From: Amoebophrya sp. A120
Lineage: Eukaryota > Protista > Dinoflagellata
Assembly: GCA_905178155.1 (NCBI GenBank)
Contig: CAJINV010000003.1
Location: forward strand, 8,251,117 to 8,315,116
DNA length: 64,000 nucleotides
Reading direction: 5' to 3'
The notes under the pieces were generated by a model, which made no database searches, was not told the origin of the DNA, and worked only from the letters and a program-made list of their open reading frames with translations. This document shows, one piece after another, positions 24,701-34,737 of this stretch (positions within the stretch are counted from its first letter, which is position 1; each line of letters begins with the position of its first letter). A program made the position numbers and the translations under genes.

Positions 24701-27430
24701 CTGGTGTAGAGTTTACTTACTCTCTGGTGGGGCGTGAGGCCGCGCGGACGAGCACCGGCATAGGAAGGGGGCCGCAAGGTGATGCATTTATCAGCCATGG
24801 TGCGAGGGTCGGGACAAAGTTACGGAACAGACAGGCGGTGCTGGAGCTAGGGACATACAAGATTGATTTGGGGCACAGGCAGAGCGGCTGACTTAGTGGC
24901 TATTTTCGATCGTTGGCATCGCATGAATGGCGGAGGGAAGTTGCTTTGTGGCAACAGGGCGCTAGGATGAATTACAACTGGGGACGGAGGCTTTCTACCC
25001 AGACAGGACTGTGCTGGGCATAGGAGGCGTCTTCTTGTTTTTCCGCGTGGTGGTGGCCAAATCTTCGCGACGGTCATCCGGTTGGTTGCGCTGCCTGGCA
25101 CCCCAGCTGGCCGAAACTGACCACCAGGATGAGGCTCCTCGCGATCACGTGTGCCGCGACGGAGGTTATGATGTCAACGCTCCGGAGTACCAGTTGAATG
25201 TGCCGGGACTCGCGTTTGGGTGCCCGCCCCCTGACGCAAGCACAAAGAGAACCGGAAAAAACGCGACGAACCTCCAACCTTCTGGAGATAAAGTAGACAA
25301 AAATGCGAAAGAGCAGCACAAGGTGATTGGTAATCCCTCTCATCAAGCCGATGAGCGCGGAGAGACGGCTGGGATGGGAGCCTGTGCTCACCACGCGAGT
25401 ACCAGCTCAAGAGACGATCCCGGAAAAAAACGGAGCCTGCATATAGATTCTGATTCATCTGGAACAAGAGCGCACGATAAAAGTTTTTCTTCGGAAGAAA
25501 GACAGCCAGAACTAGGCGCGACCACACTGAGTGCATCAAGTAGCTCATCGGGAAGCCGCTCCTCGGTCTCGAAGCGGGAGAGGAATCATGAGTGCGACCA
25601 CTCTTCTAGTACGACATCGACGATCATGCTCGTCGAGCTGATCGAGAAAAGCTACAAGGTAATGACGATACACAATCTGACGGACAGTACCTTGGCCCTC
25701 GCGTTGGAGCATCGGCTTGCAAGCAGAACGCGCGCAAACAAGCACGCCGCTGCGGTCGGGCCAAAAAGAAAAGACGGAAGTATACTACTGCAGGACCACA
25801 CGCAAAAAGGAGGTGCAGCAGGTGCGTCCTCGTCCTTGCCTGGGACTACGAGTGCACGGAAAGGTTTCAACATCTTCGGGATGGGCAGATCGGAGGACTC
25901 CATCGGGCACGCTCCCGGCCGTGGGGGTACAGGGGGGGGTACAGCAGGGGTAACGTCACCGCCTTCAGTGGCTAGTAGTACAGGCTCCCCGGAACTACAC
26001 GACCCTGTTCCCCCGTCGGTTTTGGGACGCTCACGTTCGTCGCGCATGGAGATCAGTTTCGAGAAAGATCCAAGGTTTTTCAAGCGTGAAGTTTCCGCCT
26101 ACTACTACTTCACCCGGTTGCTTAGCGACACCGAGGATAGTGCGCTGGGTCGTCTCGCCATGGCCGCGATACTCGAATTTCAAAATGAGGTTGCCGAGGA
26201 AATGGACGCGGCTAAAAAAGCGGGAACGACAAGCGCGAATTCTAGAGCTACAGGAATGCAGGGGGACGAGTCAAGAATTCGAACTCCGCGAGAACACAAC
26301 TACAATAAGACACAAGAACGACGACCAATGCAGCGTTTGCGAGCACTTGCGGAACGGATTCAGCGCGCAGTAGAGCACAGCTATGGCAGTGAGCAGGACG
26401 TCGACCAATTCAGAGGCAAGGAGGACGAGGTCCAGCTTCAGCCAGATGACAGTCCGCCACCGCAAGAAAAAGTACCTGCTGCACACGGAGTCAAGAGCCG
26501 GAATTATACCCCGCGAAAAGGCGACAGCGAGCAGAACGATTTGACTTTAATGTCACCGGACTATAGGGCGAATAAAGATGAAGATCATGATTCAGATGCG
26601 GCCGCCCGGTATCCAGGGCAATCCAAAAAAAGCAAATTCTCGCCTGAGCACTTGCTGTGGGAGCACCGCGACCTTGCCGTCGCGAAGTTTGTCTGCTGCA
26701 AGTGCATGTTGCCGTGGTGCTGCGACTGGTACTTGTGCAAATTCGAACAAGAGGACGCGCACTACAGCCACGCCGTTGCTCAGGCGCGTCAGAACGTATG
26801 GAACCTGTTCGACGTGCAATCGTACGAGGGGGCATACTATCGCACTATCAATTTACTTATTCATTGCAAAGATGTCTGAGTCTGGCTCCGCGTCTGGCTC
26901 TGCATCGGGAAAACTGTCATGCTACCGTCTCCTGAATGATAGTGATAACTGATAAGTAAGTGCGCTGCAATATACAGCCACACATGAAAGCACATCTAGG
27001 AGGTGTTATGTGTTACATATTCCGTGTGACAGCTTGCGTTTTTACATGACAGGCAAGGGGAGCTTTGCGTGCACATGTATCCTAGAGGTCAGGGTCGTGT
27101 CAAACAAGCATGACTATAAAAAGGCTACGATCTTCCAGACCACCCAGACAAATTTGCCATGGATACGGTTGGACGAAGTAGCTGGCACAAAAGTGTTCTT
27201 TCCCATGGAAGTGCTAGAAAAATTGCTCCTCGTTCGCACGGAGATCAAGCTGGAAGCCCCCTGCACGTTGGAGGGAATGGATCAAGTGCTGCCAGTGTAT
27301 ATTGCCCCTGCTTTTGTTATCTTCTTATGATTATCTTTGCATTCTTTTCCTTGATGATGATGACTTCTACGTGTCGCAGGTATTAATTCGAAGATTAGAC
27401 GCGCTGCTTCCTAGTGGAGACGCAGTATGA
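21713..27430 (+). CDS. VPS9-domain (Rab5 GEF-like) protein interrupted by a 3.2-kb mosaic insertion and an introner
   Basis: ORFs 21713 and 25011 read the duplicated 44-bp segment in the same frame (FFRVVVAKSSRRSSGW). After removing 26858-27170: PMEVLEKLLLVRTEI...EGMDQVLPV, resembling VPS9 P.EKL...GADDLLPV. 3' end uncertain. Confidence 0.55.
21845..25081. repeat. Three copies of a 44-bp direct repeat (21845, 22822, 25038) plus a 61-bp copy of 20811-20871 at 23911
   Basis: tttttccgcgtggtggtggccaaatcttcgcgacggtcatccgg identical x3; gtggaaaaaactgatccagaaagataaggaaggataa... x2 with 3 mismatches. Confidence 0.92.
21892..22449 (-). pseudogene. Truncated, frameshifted Ala/Gly/Gln/Asn-rich ORF fragment inside the mosaic insertion (origin unknown)
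   Basis: MAEQIPSSPKRKGK... then, in another frame, AKGGAVAGAA...AAGAVQNPGQ repeats running into host sequence; the only gene-like minus-strand segment seen. Confidence 0.35.
26858..27165. mobile_element. Diverged family-A introner, 308 bp
   Basis: TIR tattcattgcaaagatgtctgagtctgg / ccagacaaatttgccatggata; flanks ttact/cggtt are decayed, yet +5 removal is in frame (INLLDEVAG). Confidence 0.8.
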
Positions 27431-28745
27431 TGCTCATCATCCGACGTACCTATTGATTCAGCGAATAAAGAGAAGCCCATTGATATTGCAGTTGGATTAT
27501 TTCACATGAACCCTACAGGTTTATTTGTTGCCTTCTTCAATCGAAAATTCGTCACCCGTTTTTTCTGTGTAATCTGCTTTTGGACTGGTTGTCGAACGAC
27601 CAGGCAGCGGAGTCCGAGGGCCAGGTGGTGACGCTGCTCGAGTTATCCTCCGGAAGAACGTCCCTCCCGTGTAATGTCCTTTTAGCTTTAGGGCGCACTA
27701 TCTTGCGTGTTCAGCATGTGCATGCGTGGTCTGATACGCATCTCCATGAAAAATCACACTGAAGATGTCCAAGAGTCATGTGGTAGTTCGATAAGTTATT
27801 CATTCATCACTCAACGTCAGACATCTCTCGCGTCTTCGTGCGGCCATACTAGCCGCTCGGGAGTACTATAAATAACGGACGTGCAAAGTTTGCCACGCGC
27901 AAATCGCGAAGCTTCTTGATTTGTATTTTTATGGCGGATGAAAGAAGAAGATGTCGCGACTTCTACTTCAGATCTAAATCTAGACTATGGGGCACTAGGG
28001 AGGTCGTGTGTGAAGTGGATATTTGTCCGCAGCGACCGTGATTTGCAGCGAGCGGTTTAGCCGCCGATCCAGTCCGACCGCCGGATCGCCCAAACAAACG
28101 GACTTCGCGCAGCCATCGTCTTCACCGGCATCTCAGATAAGTCAACCAGTGCAGCATGGGAACAGCGATGTTGTGATAGCGGGAATCTTCACTACTTCCA
28201 CAGTCGTGTGAGGGCCAGGTCAAAAAGGCCAGCGCGCTGCTGTTGCCGAACGTGACGAGCTGGTAGGAAACGTGGACGTGCACTGCTTTGATATATGATG
28301 TGTGGATCTTCCCCCCTCGTGATTATGTTTATGACTAGTACTCCATGTGGTCCTTACTAGTTGAAAAATCTGCGATCGCTTTTGCAAAAATCAGGAGAGA
28401 ATGAATACAAGGAACGAAGGGCGTAGCACAGAAACCACCTGTGCTGTTCCACACGGAACAGAAGACAGTAAAAAAGTACTGCCAAATAATCATAGAAATA
28501 AGTCGCATTCATAGCAGCATGAGGAGGATACAGGACGAAATTCATCTTCTTTCTCCGTGTCGCCTTGAAGTGTTCTCTTCTAGCAAATGATTTCTTATGG
28601 ACTATGTATGCCCGTGATCACTCGTCGAGGTTGCGGACCGAAAGCTGGAGGGCTTTGCTACTGCTCCCGGCGTTGCTCAGATCATTTCGCTCGTGCATGT
28701 TGATCTACGAAAGAACAAGTTGTCTATAGAAGGTTGAAGAAGTCT

Positions 28746-31700
28746 ATGCTTTTCTGCCATGCCTGCTCGCTGCTGCTCCTTCTTGCGGGAAGAGGGGCAG
28801 CAGCGGGCTCGGATCGTCCCCGGCTTGCTTTTCTCACAGACCGTCTGAAGCAGTTCGCACACGAAAATGAGGCGCTACTCAAGGAAGAAGAGCAGGTAGG
28901 AGCCACGGGCCAGCAGCACGTAGCTGGAGCAGCAGGACGCGCCGTCCAAGCGAACAAGGACCAAAGCAGTGCGCTGCTACATTCGGTGGTCGGACACCGC
29001 TTGTATTTGTTTCGCTCCACTAGTACCCCCTCCTCTTCCGAGGACCAGGGTGAGGTGCAAGTGAAGATCCCGATCGAAATCCCGGAGTTTTTGCAAAAAA
29101 GTGGACATGTGGAACGCGCAAAGCTCCGCGCCGCTGCGCGAATAGTGCGGGCCGAAAGCACAGCAGGCCGTGCGTTCGAGGTGGTCGTGCAGGAAGTAGA
29201 GAGCGATGCAGCGAGACTGCAGGAGCGTGAAGATGTTTCGTCCACGAAGCACCGTGATGAAACCAAGATTCGCCAGCGCTCAGGTCCTGCCATGGATGAA
29301 CCTGTGTTGAAGACATCAGGCAAAGCTAAAAAATCCCAGGCAAGTAGTGGCCCAATTACCGTTGTGAGAAGGCTAGGAGCAGGGCCAGAAGGGACGACGC
29401 CCGGGGCACGACCCTCCGTACTGGTGCCTGCGAGCAAAGTGCTGGCCGGAAAGCGAAAGACAAACAAATCTTCACCCGTCCATCAGTTGCATTCTCACGA
29501 AGGAGCGGGCAGCATGAAAACAGAAGCGGCCAGCGGCGGGGACGCCGATCACTCCTCGGACACAGGCGACTCTCAAGATCTGAACTCTGAGCTGGGTGCG
29601 GCGGTGGAAGCAAGTAGAGACGGAGCCGTCGCGGAAAATTTAGACGACGCGTCTGGCGACGAGATGGAAGATTTGCAAGCCACGTCTTCTCAACATCTTC
29701 CCGATCCAGACCAACAGCGAGGCGAAGAAATCGAAGAAAATGTCCTGAATACCTCTCCAGATAGCTTTGGTTTGTCCGAACAAGCGGACTCTGCATCCAC
29801 AGCAACACACCTAGGAGGCGGAGGCCAACAACTGCACGGCGAGAATTTTCGAAGAAAGGTGTTCGGCGGACTCCAACACAAGAAGGATTCTTCACCTGGC
29901 TCGCTAGCTTCATCGGATGAACCCCGCCAAGATGAAGAACTGCGACTGTTGCAACGAGTTGGTGACAGCAACGAGGAAATAAAGGAAGGAGATGAAACGC
30001 TGTTGCAGCTAGCGACACTCTCTTGGGCCGACAAGGTGGAGACAACGGGATGGGCAGAATTGCATGCGAGTATCCCGGAGGAGGGCATGGCCAACGCGGA
30101 TCTGAGCATGTACATGGCTGGCTATCTCGAAGTATCAAATGTAAAAATGTCTGGGTCTGGAAGAATGTAACTTGTGATGCGCATTTCAGAACACAGAAAC
30201 ATCTCTCATGCGTAGGTAGCAAAAGCTGCCCAGTTTCTGTCACCAAACTGGGGGATTTTTCATGCGGATTTGGCATTGCGGAAGCTTCTCGAGACCTGTG
30301 ATGCTAGAGCTTCCATGCCAGACCTTCTGTGTCATGCAAAAATAGCATGACTCTTCCAGACCCAGACATTTTTACATTTGATACGAAGGTCTAGCGTCCA
30401 CGGAGCGCATAATGCAGTTTCGACACAACGCCAACGCGGCCTTGGCAAAATCGGATACCGACCACCACGCGCTACCGAACATTCGCGACATGTTCCGCCA
30501 GAAAATCGACAACATTCTGAAGAACTCGGCACTGCTCCCGCCCGAGAGTGGTGGGCACCCAGATTCGGAACAACTCGGTGAGAAGCGCAGCGTGACGGGT
30601 TTGGTGACAACTCTCCATGATGCGGTCCAGGATCATACAACAAATCGTCCCGCACCACCAGCCCCTCTTCAAGAAAGGCGAAGCGAAGTAGGAGGGCAGC
30701 GAAGCAAGAAGCAGCAGAACAACTTCTGGCAGCAGGCGAGGTATGCCTTCTTTCAGTTGTTGGGTATCCGGGATGCCTTTAACCGGCGGCGGCCGACAAG
30801 CGAACCCGCAATGTCACTTGTGGACCTCATCCTGCTGAATAGCGACGGCGAGACGCCGGAGCTTGAAACTGCGTACGACATGCAAGAGTATTTGATGCGC
30901 CAGGACACTCTGCAAGAACAGGAAGCAGAGGAGCAAAAAAAATCCTCCTCCGAAACCGGCGGGGGAGATGAAACGAAGGACAACGAAGATGGGGAAAAAC
31001 CGGTGAAGTTGGCAAGCGGAGCCCTGTCCCCGTCCCTGGTCATGCTGCAGACAAGTACGAGTATTGCGCCACTACGCCGCCGAGGATCATTGGCGTCGTC
31101 ATTTCTCGCACGGACAAAACAGCTGCGCGCGAAGCAACTCGCTGCCCGCCGTTCGCGAAATAAGAAGGCGCTGGACGAGAGAGCCTGGCAACGTATCCAG
31201 CGCCGGGGAGGCCGCTGCTCCGCCCTGGTGCGGCTGACCGACAACAACCTGTTCGTCGGACACACGGTAGGGAACAAAAACTGTAACGACCATCACTAAA
31301 TCATGAATCGCAATTCTCGATTAACTATTTCTCTGGAATGACAAAATTACTTTTATTGAGTGGGATAACAAATCAAAACTTTCCAAAACTAATATGTTTC
31401 GCGGCCGGATGGGGATGGCTATGGCATGCATGCTCCCCAGTCGAGCCGCCAGCTTGTGTCAGCGGTTTTCGCTGATCGTTTTTTGCTCGATCACTCCTCG
31501 AAAAATGTAAAGGGTGTCTAAAGCAGCCTGACCGTCCTGCGTTTCACATACTTTGTTTTGCAGGAACTCAATGCAGCAATCTATCATGTTGCTGGTGGTC
31601 TCATTTTTATTTTCTTGGATGCATGACGTTTTCCGACTACTCCGAGATGCTGCGCGTGTTTAAGTATTATGACTTTCCGCTGCCGGGCTCGAAAGCACGC

Positions 31701-33787
31701 ACCATTGGGTTTTCAAGCTACCCCGGGATCGCGGGCAGCACCGACGACTACTACGTAACCTCGGCTGGATATCGAGGAAAGAAATAGTGTTGGTGTAAGT
31801 TTGTGATGCGCAACAGTAGTTGCAGCTGTCAAGCTCGGCATGCATAATTCAATTATGCATGCCGAGCTTGACAGCTCGGCATGCAATTATTGCATGTTGG
31901 TCCTCCATTCAGACGCGTTTTTATGATACAATCTGCGCATGACAGGTTTTGCCCTCATAATTTTCCAGACAGATTTGTATGGCTGTTCCTGCAAAACGAA
32001 AATAAAAGACACCTCCAATCTTTTTTTCTTGGATATTGGACTGGCCGTCACGGAGACCACGATCTCCCTGCTCAGCGACGAGCCCTACGACAAAATCGAC
32101 GACAAGTTCGGCGTGCCCGATTTTCTGCGCATAATGGTCGCGAATCGCGTGGCGGGCAGCGGTCCCGAGTGGATTGAGAGCATGGAGAGCTCGAAAACCG
32201 GCACCTACAGCAGTCAGTGGATGGTTGTCGACACGAAGAAATTCACGAAAACTCGTGGCGGCCTCGGCCCAAAGCACGGGACCCGCGGGACAGCGTTAGT
32301 ACCGACGAGCTCCTCGAGCCTAATGAGGAATAAACTTGATGTTGCGCCCCGCTCCACAACTGCTAAAAATTCGCAGAGTGGCAAGAAAGCCAAGGGCAGT
32401 CAGAAAAAGCACATCTTCGAAAGTGGCGAGAGAGTAAATGGCTCAGGAGCAGGAGGAGGACTGTTGATGGTCTTAGACCAGGCACCGAACGCCTCGCACA
32501 GTGCAGACATGACCATGACCCTGCGGAACCAGGGGTATTGGGCCAGCTACAACCGTCCCTGGTTTGCGGACGTGCGGGAGTATCTCTCAGAAAAGTATTT
32601 TTTCACCCATGCGATGCCAGAAAGACAACATTTTTTTGTGTCTGATGAATTCCTGCTGCACTAAAAACTCTGCAATGCGGAGACCAGCACAAGAGAAGTG
32701 TCATACAGAATCCAGCTTGTCATGCTAGTGTGCGACTGGAAGGAGAATTTGAGGCTCCAAAAAAGTTTATCATGCTGAACAGCCAACAGCAAAACCCACA
32801 ACACAAGCTTTACCTTTTTTTTGTGGTATAAATGGGTGTACTAGTACTTTTCTGTAGAACAGGAAGAAGTTGGGCCTGGACGAGGCAGAGGAAAACCATT
32901 ATCCTGTTTGAAAACGTCCCCACTCCATATTTGTCATGCAAATTTGCATATTAGAGCTCATGATGTTTCTCCATGTTGAGGTCGCCGAAAGTGCTTCCTC
33001 GCCCACCCCCCGCGAGGGGTGGTTTTTCTACTTGTGCACTTCCCATCTTCGCTATAATGGGCTGGGGACGTTGTTCTTTTTTCACAGGATAACCACGGCC
33101 GCATCTTTAGCCGGGACCGTGCGCCCCGAGCCAACATCTTTCGCGCGACGGCCAAGCGCGTAAAGACCCTGGAGGACATGCAGAACGAGATGCAGCGCAA
33201 CCGGTGGCCAAACGAGGTCGATGGCGGGGAGCGCAACACGCCGGACCACGCTATCGCCGCGCGGAGCGACCTTGGCGGGGGTGGCGTGGCCAACGGCGCC
33301 GTTGATAGTAAGGTCGCGGACGTGGCAATGCTGCGGAAACTGCAGGTGCTCGCTATCAGCGGTCCCACGACGGACCAGCATCGGCTGCAGCCCTTCTCCT
33401 GGATATTCCACGTAAAAAAAGCTTCCTCGCGAGGACGCCATCAGTCTGTCATTCGTATATACAACTCGGCGTACAAGCATGCCGCAGTACGAGCTGTGCG
33501 GCCGCCCCATCTGTAGTTGTACACGCTCCAATATTCGTCCTCTGTCATGCAAGACCAAGATCGTTAAGAAAGCTTGAGGAGGTCATTGCTGTGGTTGTGG
33601 TTGACTTATTTCACACGAACACTAAACTATGCAGTTTCGGATGCATAGTTAGAACTCAGGTACGAATGAGAAGCGATGGTGATTTTACGATGGATAGGGG
33701 AAAAAGGATTCCCTCAACAACGAGCTCTACCTGCACGAGGGACTGCCGGACACCTTCGATTTCGACTGGCAACGGATGCTTCCTTAA
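28746..33787 (+). CDS. Phospholipase B-like (PLBD family) Ntn-hydrolase precursor, 7 exons, signal peptide
   Basis: Reconstructed motifs AGYLEGL, GGRCSALVR, FVGHTTFSDY, FSSYPG...STDDYYVTSAGLAVTETT, GTYSSQWMVVD, GYWASYNRPW, APRANIFR, AIAARSDL, GAVDSKV, AISGPT, HEGLPDTFDFDW. Confidence 0.92.
30133..30383. mobile_element. Family-A TIR introner, 251 bp
   Basis: Perfect 32-bp TIR tatcaaatgtaaaaatgtctgggtctggaaga; TSD cgaag; removal gives GYLEGLA. Confidence 0.95.
31268..31621. mobile_element. Degenerate introner
   Basis: Weak IR; flanks cacgg/catga; a removal of the same length gives GHT(T/A)FSDY. Confidence 0.55.
31770..32035. mobile_element. TIR introner (related to the 57311 element), 266 bp, with an internal 53-bp palindrome
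   Basis: TIR tatcgaggaaagaaa / ttttttcttggata; TSD ctgga/ttgga; removal gives YVTSAGLAVTETT. Confidence 0.9.
32581..32861. mobile_element. TIR introner, 281 bp
   Basis: tatctctcagaaaagta / tacttttctgtagaaca; TSD gggag/ggaag; in-frame removal (VREKLGL). Confidence 0.82.
32900..33091. mobile_element. TIR introner, 192 bp
   Basis: tatcctgtttgaaaacgtcccca / tggggacgttgttctttttttcacaggata; TSD accat/accac; removal gives ENHGRIFSRDRAPRA. Confidence 0.88.
33404..33696. mobile_element. TIR introner, 293 bp
   Basis: tattccacgtaaaa / ttttacgatggata; flanks ctgga/gggga; removal gives PFSWKK...HEGLPDTF. Confidence 0.85.
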
Positions 33788-34737
33788 GAGGAACAGCGCA
33801 ACCATTTGTAGCATGGAATTTATTGTGTCACCATTGTCATTGTCTTTTCCGGGTTTCGATTTGATGAATCAAAAATAGTGTTTAACACGAAATAGAAGAA
33901 TAAAAGTAAGCTGTGGATCACGTAAGAGAAAGATGCTGGTGCATCAGCATCAACATCTTCATGATGATAACCGTGGGAGGTCTGTTCTTGTCCAGGAAAT
34001 TATTACCTATGGCCGGTGTTGGACGTGTTCGAAGATTCCTTCAGTAAACTTGTTCGGTTCTTGTGCATCTCTGCAACTATTGTCTGACGCAGGAGGCACA
34101 ACGGCATCGGTTTGGTGGCATTAAGTTCGAGACTCTCGTTGCATTATTCAGGAGGCCTGCTTCACCTTTTGGTTCGACTTCAAGCTTCAGTTTTTTCGTC
34201 GATGAAGAATATTTGTTTCGCATATTATCCGTGTCGCTCATCATCCAATTGATGCAGTGAGTATTTGTATTGAAAAAAATCAGCGGAGAACAAGATCTGC
34301 ATTTTTACAAAACCAAATTTGCTCATGTTCATCTCTTCCGTCAGACTCTGACTTAAGTACAATTTTTGTTGGACGACAGGCTCCCCCAATGTCAATGGAA
34401 TGTGTCTTTCCCTAAGTGCTAGTTATCTACTCTTATGATCCTGTTTACTATATTTCTAGTTTTTTTCGGAGTCGGTATTTAGCAAGTTATGGTTGATATC
34501 CATGCTCCAACTTTTTACCGGTTTCAATGTGCGCAAGAAATTGCACTGAAAATAAGGGAAAGTGTGATGTTAGACCGTAGTTGGCTTGTGACGGTACGAT
34601 CGCTCCATGTAAATTATAAAGAAAAAGATAAAGTAGAAATTTGCCCGTCGCAGTTTGAAAGAAAAAGAAAAGTAAAAGCGCAGTTGTTTGAAAGAAAAAG
34701 ATAAGTAAAAGCTCCCCTGCAATGATGACATAATCGA

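Noticed and set aside
21845-25081. CRISPR array
   Set aside because: The repeats are host exon sequence, the spacers are about 1 kb, there are no cas genes, and the context is eukaryotic.
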